24,740 nucleotides of DNA from contig JAUWKS010000047.1 in NCBI GenBank assembly GCA_030614005.1, positions 1 to 24,740 of the forward strand, in the 5' to 3' direction. The position numbers and the translations under genes were made by a program. Shown piece after piece: positions 16,753 to 24,740 of this stretch. The notes below the pieces were generated by a model. That model did no database searches, was not told the origin of the DNA, and saw only the letters and a list, made by a program, of their open reading frames with translations. This DNA is from Candidatus Heimdallarchaeota archaeon. Its GTDB lineage: Archaea > Asgardarchaeota > Heimdallarchaeia > JABLTI01. Every line of letters begins with the position of its first letter. Position 1 is the first letter of the stretch.

Positions 16753-17021
16753 TCAGAAAACCGAATTGACTATTTTTGGCCTAAATTCATATTGTTTTCG
16801 CGAATCTCTCGCAGCACAGGCAACAATTTCTGTTCGGTTGTTGTAAGAAACTGTTAAACCACACTTTGGGCAGCATATATTGATGTGTAGGGTACATTCA
16901 GCTTTCCTGTGATCTATGACGGGTGGCGTGGTTGAACCGCAAATAGCACATTCAGTTCCCCAATATTCCTGAACAACGAATTTTATTTGTCTTCGTTTTT
17001 TTCCCATCGTTCATATCCTCC
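16735..17021. repeat. Inverted repeat flanking the zinc-ribbon ORF (arms 16735-16751 and 17003-17021)
   Basis: GGAGGATATG at 16735-16744 and CATATCCTCC at 17012-17021 form a perfect 10-bp match, extended by 7 more pairs after a 2-nt bulge; one pair is G-U only on the minus strand. Confidence 0.8.
16753..17007 (-). CDS. Small basic zinc-ribbon protein, possibly a divergent Elf1-like transcription elongation factor
   Basis: Strong GGAGG RBS 9 nt before ATG; MGKKRR N-terminus, CAIC-x22-CPKC. About 40% GC by hand count, higher than the surroundings. The Elf1 likeness is inference. Confidence 0.75.
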   Translation of the reverse strand: MGKKRRQIKFVVQEYWGTECAICGSTTPPVIDHRKAECTLHINICCPKCGLTVSYNNRTEIVACAARDSRKQYEFRPKIVNSVF

Positions 17022-17287
17022 GGATGTATAAGAGTTTGAGTTTCCACATATATTCAAATCTCACTTCTCTATTAGTCAGAAGTTCAATCTAGATATATAC
17101 ACTATACTTTTGTTTTTTATTGTTTAAATACTTTATCCTTTTTTTTGGTATATTTATAAATAAAACTGTAAAAAGTCCACAACGTAATTTTCACTTTTTT
17201 TAAACAAAATAGTAAACTTGAAAAAGGTATTTTTGTAAATTAGAGGAAAAATAGGTAAGAAAAAAACATAAAAGATAGGTTATTGAA

Positions 17288-19453
17288 CTATGCTAAAGAA
17301 ACAATTATATCATTAACCATATTCGATAATATTTTCTCATTTTCTTGACTCAATGTTATAGTTCCACTATAAATTTGTTTTAATTCATCCCACAAATGTT
17401 CATTTAACTTAATTTTAGCATCAATTTTTGCAAGTTTCTGTAAAGCAGAAAAAGATTGCCCTTTGAAAATATAGCATAATAAATATGATTCTATATTGTT
17501 AATTATTATGGTGTAGTCATTGTGTTTTATTCTGTTTATCGGACCTGTTGCAGAGAAAGCTTCTTTGGCAAAAATATTGATTGCAGAAAGAAAACCACTC
17601 AAAAGTGAGTCATCTAGTTCCCCTTTCAGTATAAAATTCTTGGAATAGATTGGCATCCCTGTTGATTTTAATAACATGAACATCACAGGTTCTTCCGGAG
17701 GAAACTGTATATCCAATCCTTTATCTCGATAAAGTTTCATAAAGAACTCTTCAATATCTGCTGTTTCTAATATTTCAGGAAGTGGTGCATCTTTTGTAGA
17801 AAGTTTTTTCCATATTTCTAATTGTTCGAGCAATTTATCATGATCAATTGAAATTTTCATTGCTAATTGATCAATTCCCCATTCTTCAGCAATGCTTTGA
17901 GCTTTCGTTAAATATTCTCGAGCACTTCGTATATTTAATTCTATCAATGCAATTTGTGAAAGTAACCAATAGCTTTCTGCGTAAATTATCATTGAATGCT
18001 GATTATGGGCGACATCAAGAATGTTATTTGCTAAAGATTTTACTTCACCCAGCAATTCCTTATTGTTAGTTTCTTTTAATTCATTAATTTTTAATTCGCA
18101 GAGGTTTAGCATTGCATCAATTTTATAATCTGTATCAAAATTATCGCATGCAATAATTTCTTCTAAATATTCTTCCGCTTTCGCTCTATTCTTTACTCGA
18201 TCACTTTTCATTAACAATAACGCAGTTGCTAGTTTTGTTTTAATGTTGATTAATGGTTCATCTGATTCTAAATTGATTTGTTTTAGTAACGCTAATTTTT
18301 CCTTAGCTTGTTCCAGATTGTTTTTTATCAAAGCTGTTGATATATAATTAAGGAGAGTCGTTGAGTTGAATCCATTATTTGTAATTTGATCCATCATATT
18401 TATTGCTAATTGAAAATTGAGTAGAGCTTCCTCGAATCGTCCTTTTAATTTGTAAACTTTTCCAAGCTGATTAAATGAGTTCATAATATTCTGGATATTG
18501 CCAATTTCTTGAAAAGAAGCTAAACTTTTTCTAAAATATTCTTCGGCTTTTTCTAAATCACCCATTCTAAGATTTAGTAACCCAATATTATTATATGTTC
18601 GAGCAATTATTCCTTTATTTCCTATTTCATTTTGATATTCCAAAGATTTTTGGTAGCAGTCTTCTGCTTCTCTAAGTTTTCCATCATAATTATAAATAAT
18701 TCCGAAGTTGTTCAATAATCTACCAATGAAATCCTTATTGCCAATTTTCAAATAAATATCGTAGCTCTTTTGATAATATTCTTGAGCCTTTTCTCTCATC
18801 CCTTTGTATAAATAAAATGTTCCAATTTCTTTCAAAGTGTATGCTTTTCCAGGTAAATCCTGTATTTCATTTTGTATTTCTAGTGCTTTATTCATGTTAG
18901 TAAAAGCTAACTCTTTTTTATTGACATAAAAATAGTTCATTCCTAATAAACTCAAAGTTTTAGCTACTTTTCTCATATTTTCTATTTTTTCAAATTCCAG
19001 CAGTATATTTTGATAAATGACTATTGCATCTTCTCTTATTCCCTTGGTTGAAATAATATTTCCTTTAAGTAATAGCAAATTTCCTTTTCTTAAAATCACT
19101 TCATCAGAATTTTTATCTGGTAAATTGTTAAGAATTTGTTCTCCTTTGTATACTTGCTTCAGAATTTCATCTATTCTTCCGTAAACTTCTAAAAATGAAA
19201 TATATAAAACTAGGACATCTAATTCTAATAATGGATATACTTTGAGTAGTGGTTGTTTTGCTAGCCCTAAATTTAATTCTAGTCCTTTTCTAAATCTACC
19301 AAAACCAAAAAGTGCTTCGCATTTGAGGATTTTTATTTCGAGAATTTCTTTTTCAGTTAATTCAATTCCATCTATTATCTTCTGAATTCGAGTTAAAGCT
19401 TCATTGTAATTGCCATTTAGCATCAGCTTTTTAATTTCAACAAGATAATCCAT
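17288..19453 (-). CDS. TPR-repeat protein with a C-terminal longin/roadblock-like domain
   Basis: TPRs such as IARTYNNIGLLNLRMGDLEKAEEYFRKSLAS and IGRLLNNFGIIYNYDGKLREAEDCYQKSLE; tail PVMFMLLKSTGMPIYSKNF...DDSLLSGFLSAINIFAKEAF...INRIKHNDYTIII...LLCYIFKGQS. Start taken as ATG 19453; ATG 19480 is possible. Confidence 0.85.
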   Translation of the reverse strand: MDYLVEIKKLMLNGNYNEALTRIQKIIDGIELTEKEILEIKILKCEALFGFGRFRKGLELNLGLAKQPLLKVYPLLELDVLVLYISFLEVYGRIDEILKQVYKGEQILNNLPDKNSDEVILRKGNLLLLKGNIISTKGIREDAIVIYQNILLEFEKIENMRKVAKTLSLLGMNYFYVNKKELAFTNMNKALEIQNEIQDLPGKAYTLKEIGTFYLYKGMREKAQEYYQKSYDIYLKIGNKDFIGRLLNNFGIIYNYDGKLREAEDCYQKSLEYQNEIGNKGIIARTYNNIGLLNLRMGDLEKAEEYFRKSLASFQEIGNIQNIMNSFNQLGKVYKLKGRFEEALLNFQLAINMMDQITNNGFNSTTLLNYISTALIKNNLEQAKEKLALLKQINLESDEPLINIKTKLATALLLMKSDRVKNRAKAEEYLEEIIACDNFDTDYKIDAMLNLCELKINELKETNNKELLGEVKSLANNILDVAHNQHSMIIYAESYWLLSQIALIELNIRSAREYLTKAQSIAEEWGIDQLAMKISIDHDKLLEQLEIWKKLSTKDAPLPEILETADIEEFFMKLYRDKGLDIQFPPEEPVMFMLLKSTGMPIYSKNFILKGELDDSLLSGFLSAINIFAKEAFSATGPINRIKHNDYTIIINNIESYLLCYIFKGQSFSALQKLAKIDAKIKLNEHLWDELKQIYSGTITLSQENEKILSNMVNDIIVSLA

Positions 19454-19593
19454 CAAAAATGTTTCACAAAGAACAAGCATCTGTTTCTTGTTTTAAAAGT
19501 TTATATTGTCACAATTCAAATTATACTTTTGAAAAGAATTATTAACTTCCTATATTGTGGAAGAGAATGGTATTTTTACCAGTGTGATAAACA

Positions 19594-20706
19594 ATGTATT
19601 GTGACTTTAACGAAAAATTAGCTAAACTAGTAATTAAGTATGCTGTTGGTGTTGAACCCAACGATTTAGTCTATATAACAAGCCTTGCAAATGCTGAAGG
19701 TCTAATTCGAGAAATTTACCGAGAAGCGATAAAAGCGGGTGGGCACGTTATTCGAACGGAAATATCCATTCCTGGGACTAGCGAGATATTTTACAAGCAT
19801 GCATCTGAAGAGCAAATCAAGTATATTGATCCGTTAGAAATTGAATATGCTAAAAAAGTTACAAAGTCAATTCATATTTACTCATCATATAATACTCGAG
19901 CATTAACTAATGTTGATCCAAAATTAAAAACTATACGACAGCAAGCAAGAAAGGAATTTAGTGAGATTTTCTATTCTCGAGCTGCAAAAGGAGAGCTCAA
20001 TTGGTCCTTGTGCCCTTATCCTTGTTTATCTTTGGCTCAAGAAGCTAGTATGGGGATAGAAGAATACACAGAATTCGTCTATAAAGCTCTTGCACTGGAT
20101 GAAGCAGATCCGGTTGCACATTGGAAAAAAGTAGAAAAAGCCCATGCCAAAATAATCAAAATCCTTGATAAAGGAAAAGAAATGCGCTTTGTTGGTGAAG
20201 ATACTGACATCACTTTTGGTATCGAAGGCAGAAAATGGATAAATTGTTGTGGGCATGAGAATCTACCTGATGGAGAAGTTTTCACCGCACCACACGAAGA
20301 TGGAGTAAACGGGACTATTCGCTTCACCTATCCCGGTATTTACATGGGTCAAGAAATTGAGAATATCTGGTTAAAATTCAAAGATGGAAAAGTCGTTGAT
20401 TATGATGCCAGTCGAGGTAAAGAATTATTAAAGAAAGTTCTCGAGATCGAAAACGCAGACGTACTTGGAGAACTTGCTGTAGGAACAAACTATGGTATCC
20501 AAAGATTCACAAAGAATATGCTTTTTGATGAAAAAATGGGTGGAACTATTCATTTAGCTCTTGGAATGGGTTATCCTGAATCTGGTTCTACAAACAAATC
20601 TTCAATTCACTGGGACATTCTCAAAGATATGAAGAGTGAAGATTCTATTATTTATCTTGATGGTAAAGAAATCTACAAAGCTGGTAAATGGCTTATAGGT
20701 AAATAA
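19594..20706 (+). CDS. ampS: Aminopeptidase, peptidase family M29 (AmpS/AmpT/PepS type)
   Basis: Family motifs NLPDGEVFTAP, GELAVGTN, LFDEKMGGTIHLALG, SIHWD, carrying the Glu/His/Asp metal ligands. Confidence 0.95.
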   Translation: MYCDFNEKLAKLVIKYAVGVEPNDLVYITSLANAEGLIREIYREAIKAGGHVIRTEISIPGTSEIFYKHASEEQIKYIDPLEIEYAKKVTKSIHIYSSYNTRALTNVDPKLKTIRQQARKEFSEIFYSRAAKGELNWSLCPYPCLSLAQEASMGIEEYTEFVYKALALDEADPVAHWKKVEKAHAKIIKILDKGKEMRFVGEDTDITFGIEGRKWINCCGHENLPDGEVFTAPHEDGVNGTIRFTYPGIYMGQEIENIWLKFKDGKVVDYDASRGKELLKKVLEIENADVLGELAVGTNYGIQRFTKNMLFDEKMGGTIHLALGMGYPESGSTNKSSIHWDILKDMKSEDSIIYLDGKEIYKAGKWLIGK

Positions 20707-20715
20707 AGGGATTCT

Positions 20716-20743
20716 AAAGTCTCTTCTGACTTTTTCTTTTTTT
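20716..20743 (+). terminator. Hairpin plus T-tract terminator after the aminopeptidase
   Basis: AAAGTC-TCTTCT-GACTTT followed by a long T-rich run. Confidence 0.6.
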
Positions 20744-20836
20744 CGTAATTACTCTCAACTTTATAAGGAATTACTAAAATAGGATGAACAGTTTATTAGT
20801 TATTATTAAAATGATATCTCATCGGAGGACATTTAG

Positions 20837-22198
20837 TTGGAAAAGCGAATCAAAATTACAATTATTCTCCTAATACCATTATTTCTTACAAATGGTTTAG
20901 TAAATGCTATTTATGAACCTCTTTTACAAGGAGGTCTAACTTCTCAAGGATATGATATTACTCCTGCGAAAATCACTTGGTGGGGTGGAGATGATGATGA
21001 GGGTTCAGTATCTGCTACTATAGATGATAATGGGAATTTCTATTTTACTTGTTTTTCCGAATCTTTTGGTCTTGCATCCAAAAATGTCTTTGTAGTGAAA
21101 TATGATGAAAATATGACTCTCTTATGGAATGTTACTTGGGTAACTTCAGATGACGCTCAACCTAGTGGCATCGAAGTTGATTCTAATGGTGACATTATCA
21201 TTGCTGGAACTATTCTTACTGAAAATCCTGCTCTTGTATTTCTTCACAATGTATTCGTGTTAAAATTCAATGCAACAAATGGAGCGAGAATGTGGGATTC
21301 CATAACGATAGCCCCTGAACAAGAGTGTACTGTAAATTGCATGACACTTGATAACGATAACAATGTCTTTGTTGCAGGTGTAACAAATAGTACTTCTGGT
21401 GCTGCCTTTATTATGAAATACGATTCTGGTGGAAATCTCGATTGGAAAAAATATTATGGAACAACCTTACCATATGAAAACTCTCGAGTTGAAAGTATCA
21501 CTGTTGATGATTCCGGAAACATTTTCCTAGGAGGAACCACAGACAATAGTGGTGGTAACTTAGATGATATATTATTAGCAAAATTAGATAGCTCAGGTGA
21601 TTATCTTTGGAATACAACCTTTGGTGGTAGTGCAAACATTGACTGGGGCGCAGATATCATTCTTTTAGAGGACGACATTTATCTTGTGGGAACTACTGAA
21701 TCTCTTGCTACAACTCCTTTAGATGCAATCGTGCTAAAATATAATTCCTCCGGACATATTCTTTGGAATCAAACACTTAATTATTCAAATGATGGTGGAT
21801 CAGCTATTACTAGTAGAACAAATGGTAATATTGTCATTAGTGGTAACAAAGACACTGGTGGAGCAAATGGTAATTATTTTGCTGCAGAGTACACAACTGA
21901 TGGTACATTGATTTGGAATAGTACCTGGGAAAGTGGTGGGGATGACCAAGCACAAGACATAGTTACTTTTGACCATCACAAAATGTTTGTTATAGGTTCT
22001 TCATATAACACTTCATCAAATGACTATGACATCTCAATTGTCTCCTACAATGACCCAAGCGACCCTCCTGAACCAACTTATCATACTCCAGGTGTTGGTG
22101 GAATTATTTTTTCATATATTCTAGTTATTGGAGGTGGAAGTTTAGCAATAATTGTTATTATATTATTAATTTTCACCTATTTTAAGAAAGAAAAGTAA
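20837..22198 (+). CDS. Membrane-anchored SBBP-type beta-propeller surface protein
   Basis: TTG start with GGAGG RBS; signal peptide; repeats such as ITVDDSGNIFLGGTT...DDILLAKLDSSGDYLWNTTFGG; TPGV + TM helix + KKEK tail. Confidence 0.88.
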   Translation: MEKRIKITIILLIPLFLTNGLVNAIYEPLLQGGLTSQGYDITPAKITWWGGDDDEGSVSATIDDNGNFYFTCFSESFGLASKNVFVVKYDENMTLLWNVTWVTSDDAQPSGIEVDSNGDIIIAGTILTENPALVFLHNVFVLKFNATNGARMWDSITIAPEQECTVNCMTLDNDNNVFVAGVTNSTSGAAFIMKYDSGGNLDWKKYYGTTLPYENSRVESITVDDSGNIFLGGTTDNSGGNLDDILLAKLDSSGDYLWNTTFGGSANIDWGADIILLEDDIYLVGTTESLATTPLDAIVLKYNSSGHILWNQTLNYSNDGGSAITSRTNGNIVISGNKDTGGANGNYFAAEYTTDGTLIWNSTWESGGDDQAQDIVTFDHHKMFVIGSSYNTSSNDYDISIVSYNDPSDPPEPTYHTPGVGGIIFSYILVIGGGSLAIIVIILLIFTYFKKEK

Positions 22199-22215
22199 TG
22201 AGTTCATTCATTACT
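22194..22215. terminator. Probable bidirectional terminator hairpin spanning two convergent stop codons
   Basis: AGTAATGA-N6-TCATTACT perfect 8-bp stem; the genes end 5 bp apart; T-rich sequence follows on both strands. Confidence 0.55.
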
Positions 22216-23112
22216 AATTTTTTCTCTTTTTTTCTTTTGAAAAATAATTGGCATTAAGGATATTAGAAAAATACTGCTTACGACTTGTACTATGTTGTTC
22301 ACAGATACATTCTCCGTAGCAAATTCTCCTAATTCAAATGGTTCTAATTCGAAACCTAACATTTCAAAGTATTGTTCAAATTCAAGATTAATTGTCCTAT
22401 TTTCAATTTTACCTTGAAAATAACCTTTGAATCGACTTCCTAATATTGCACCCGTTTGTGGTGAATAAGCGAATTTATAGCTTTGAGCAAAATTAAATGC
22501 TGAGTCATTATCACCCATATATGATCCTTTGAAGAAAGTTTCAATTTGATTAATTTTTCTTCGTTCTGTAATTAGACTATCGAACTCTTCTACGGTTGCA
22601 TTTTCACCAAAATATGAGGGAAAGAGAGTTTCAAATGTACTTAACATTTCCTTAACACTTGACCATGTTTCAGATTCTACATTAATAAATGGATGACAGT
22701 ATAGTGGTCCCCCTTTAGAATAATAAATAAAATTCCAATACTCGTCTAGGTAAAAACTATAAGCAATATATAATGGTAACATTGTTATCATCTCTATTGT
22801 TGCAACAAAATCACTATCATAAAAGATTTTTCTTTCTTCTATATCACCTGAAATCATTGTAATCAAATAACCAGTACTAAATATCGATGAAATATTATAG
22901 CTAAACAGATTTCCTTCTGGGATATTTCTAGTGTCAATTTGTATACCAGTGATATTGGCATCTGCAGTTTCAAGAACTATATTCATTTTTGCTGTTTTAA
23001 GTTCATAATCGAAAATATCTCCTTCATTAAAATTGTAACCTTGTAAAAAAGTAGGTAGAATAACTACAATTGAAATGATTCCAACTAGTATCATCCGGTA
23101 ATATTTTTTCAT
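22204..23112 (-). CDS. Secreted, C-terminally anchored protein of unknown function (paralogue A)
   Basis: MKKYY + hydrophobic signal; mature start YNFNEGDIFDYEL; C-terminal TM + KKKREK; clearly homologous to 23480-24394. Confidence 0.85.
   Translation of the reverse strand: MKKYYRMILVGIISIVVILPTFLQGYNFNEGDIFDYELKTAKMNIVLETADANITGIQIDTRNIPEGNLFSYNISSIFSTGYLITMISGDIEERKIFYDSDFVATIEMITMLPLYIAYSFYLDEYWNFIYYSKGGPLYCHPFINVESETWSSVKEMLSTFETLFPSYFGENATVEEFDSLITERRKINQIETFFKGSYMGDNDSAFNFAQSYKFAYSPQTGAILGSRFKGYFQGKIENRTINLEFEQYFEMLGFELEPFELGEFATENVSVNNIVQVVSSIFLISLMPIIFQKKKREKISNE
22406..22494. repeat. 89-bp exact direct repeat, copy 1 (copy 2 at 23685-23773)
   Basis: Compared base by base from ATTTTACCTTGAAAATAACC to CTTTGAGCAAAATT: identical in both paralogues. 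Confidence 0.9.
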
Positions 23113-23479
23113 TTTTATCTCCCAATAAACGTTATATAATATATTCCTAAATGAATATTTAAAGATAGGTTATTTTCTCTTGAACATTTTTCTCCAATCA
23201 AAAACAAAAAATTGCTACATTTTTACCGTTTAGAATAGAGAATGCTTTTTATTTCGTAAAAAATCACCCATGAATTATTTTGAATATAGAAATCTATGTG
23301 AAATAATCACAATTTCAGTTAAATGAATTCTATTCTACTGCAAGGTTATTGACCAAAGTAGAAGGTATTTTTGTTATTAATATCATCAGGAACAGCATTA
23401 ATGGTTGCTTTAAAATAAAATAAAGAAAAAAAGGAAAATATTTTGGTTGTTCTTGTTGTTCTCGGAGAGCGTTATCTGT

Positions 23480-24394
23480 TTATAGATTCATTGATTTAAT
23501 TCCTTTTTTTGTCTTCTTTTCGAAAATAACTGGTATAGTGAATACCAAAAAAACACCAACTACTTGTATTATACTATGCCCAGATACATTCACTGTAGCA
23601 AATTCTCCTATTTCAAATAGCTTTAATTCGAAACCAAGCATTTCAAAATATTGCTCTAATGCGATGTTAATAGAGGTATTAAACATTTTACCTTGAAAAT
23701 AACCTTTGAATCGACTTCCTAATATTGCACCCGTTTGTGGTGAATAAGCGAATTTATAGCTTTGAGCAAAATTGAAAATATTTTCAGCACTATCATTAAA
23801 TGATCCTTTAAAGAAAGTTTCAATTTGATTACTTTTTCTTCTTTCTGTAATTAGAACATTGAAGTTTTCTATACTAGCATTTTCACCATTATAAGAGGTA
23901 AAATCGGTATCAAATGTACTAAACATTTCCTTAGCACTTGCCCATGTTTCTGTGTCTACTTTGATAAATGGATGGCAAACTAAATTCTGTCCTCTAACAG
24001 TGCAGTAATCAATGAGTGCTTGACCTCCTTGGATTAACTCAATTGCTGCATACATTGGTATTTCTGTTATTCCAGATATCATTCCAATAAAACTACGATC
24101 ATAAAAAAAGATTTTTTCTACAAGTGTCCCAGAAATCAGCTCAATTGAATAATAATTTTCAAACATCGATGATATATTAAAACTAAATAGATTTCCTTCA
24201 GGAACATTTGTTCCTGCAATGTTTATACCGGTAAAATTTGCAACAGTAGTTTCGAGAACTAAATCCATTTTTGCAGATATAAGTTCATAATTGAACATAT
24301 CCCCTACATTAAAATTGTAACTTTGCGAAAAAGTAGGCACAATAACTAAAATTGAAATAATTACAACTATTATCATCTTATTAAATTTCTTCAT
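23480..24394 (-). CDS. Secreted, C-terminally anchored protein of unknown function (paralogue B)
   Basis: MKKFNK + hydrophobic signal; mature start YNFNVGDMFNYEL; same architecture as paralogue A; GGGAGA RBS. Confidence 0.85.
   Translation of the reverse strand: MKKFNKMIIVVIISILVIVPTFSQSYNFNVGDMFNYELISAKMDLVLETTVANFTGINIAGTNVPEGNLFSFNISSMFENYYSIELISGTLVEKIFFYDRSFIGMISGITEIPMYAAIELIQGGQALIDYCTVRGQNLVCHPFIKVDTETWASAKEMFSTFDTDFTSYNGENASIENFNVLITERRKSNQIETFFKGSFNDSAENIFNFAQSYKFAYSPQTGAILGSRFKGYFQGKMFNTSINIALEQYFEMLGFELKLFEIGEFATVNVSGHSIIQVVGVFLVFTIPVIFEKKTKKGIKSMNL
23685..23773. repeat. 89-bp exact direct repeat, copy 2
   Basis: Identical to 22406-22494. Confidence 0.9.
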
Positions 24395-24685
24395 TGGAAT
24401 CTCCCAAAAAACACTAATTAATATATTGTTAAACTATTATATAAGGATAATTTTTTTCTTTTTCAAAAGTGAATGGATAATGAAAATAAAGAAAAGAGAG
24501 CTTCCTAGATAAAATGCAGCTATAAATAATTTCCCTGAGAAAAAAATATTGTTATTATGATATCATTTCGTTAACTAATAGTTAAATTTTCCACAGTCAA
24601 AGAAAATAAGCAAGTATCATTTTTCATAGAAATATCACTAATTTTGCATAGTGATTCTCCTACAATTCAATACCCTTTCTTCTTT

Positions 24686-24739
24686 TTAAATGCCTCTTAG
24701 AATAGCTGTACGAATAGCTAATTGTTCAACTATTCTTTT
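24686..24739 (-). CDS. Possible C-terminal fragment of a gene entering from the right edge
   Basis: Open frame KRIVEQLAIRTAILRGI* ending at TAA 24688-24686; only 17 codons visible. Confidence 0.3.
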   Translation of the reverse strand, partial: KRIVEQLAIRTAILRGI

Positions 24740-24740
24740 A

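Noticed and set aside
16672-16755. Selenocysteine read-through of the UGA stop followed by a SECIS-like hairpin
   Set aside because: The hairpin lacks AUGA/GA or GAA/A SECIS cores, the read-through peptide is low-complexity, and the UGA is not at a Cys-like position.
16735-17021. SRP RNA or RNase P RNA (about 290 nt with paired ends; contains AGGAAAG and AACAGAA)
   Set aside because: No SRP helix-8 motif. The RNase P-like words are only about 60 nt apart and cannot form P4. GC is too low for these RNAs, and a good ORF with a strong RBS fills the interval.
16735-17021. MITE or IS terminal inverted repeats, or an invertible segment
   Set aside because: No target-site duplication (flanks GAGA vs GGAT), no transposase or recombinase in the window, and the G-U asymmetry favours RNA pairing. 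Inversion is not formally excluded without reads.
19495-19570. Several short palindromes between the TPR and aminopeptidase genes (ATTGTCACAAT, CTTTTGAAAAG, CTTCC-N8-GGAAG)
   Set aside because: Each is short and expected at this AT content; no repeated consensus.
794-20327. Short track ORFs (794-1003, 4140-4460, 5961-6170, 7094-7366, 10023-10265, 10762-10965, 11195-11404, 12127-12369, 12565-12804, 13086-13385, 17848-18069, 20026-20256, 20079-20327)
   Set aside because: All overlap well-supported genes in another frame or on the opposite strand and have no recognisable motifs; treated as shadow ORFs.
22204-24394. Diversity-generating retroelement TR/VR pair
   Set aside because: No reverse transcriptase in the window, both copies lie in complete genes, and the differences are not adenine-specific.
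1-24740. CRISPR array, tRNA, rRNA, integrase or transposase
   Set aside because: No regularly spaced repeats, cloverleafs, GC-rich rRNA-like tracts or recombinase motifs were seen.

Overview
AT-rich (roughly 30% GC by eye) archaeal-type window with TATA boxes, GGAG/GGTG ribosome sites and T-tract terminators. The gene content suggests an Asgard archaeon, probably Heimdallarchaeia. This is inferred from a TPR protein with a longin/roadblock-like tail, a membrane protein with tandem winged helices, a double Lrp regulator and many C-terminally anchored surface proteins. About 17 complete genes plus edge fragments are present. Exported or surface proteins: a secreted HTSHGSQ-motif protein (partial), an LVIVD plus Ca-binding-repeat protein, a small secreted protein, an SBBP-like propeller and two tandem paralogues. 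Others: a tandem-GNAT protein, two TM2+zinc-ribbon paralogues, a WD40 propeller, a 1114-aa modular GNAT, a Gly-zipper membrane protein, a mutarotase-like protein, a double-Lrp regulator, an 84-aa zinc ribbon, a TPR-longin protein and an M29 aminopeptidase. I found no rRNA, tRNA, CRISPR array or transposase. The most striking unexplained structure is around the 84-aa zinc-ribbon gene (16753-17007, possibly Elf1-like). Its 3' UTR can form a 17-bp duplex over its own Shine-Dalgarno and start codon, or alternatively a local hairpin with the anti-SD partly exposed in the loop, and a possible antisense promoter sits next to it. Together these suggest an RNA fold-back translational switch. A second notable signal is an 89-bp perfectly identical tract between two otherwise diverged surface-protein paralogues. 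All family assignments come from motif recognition, not database searches.
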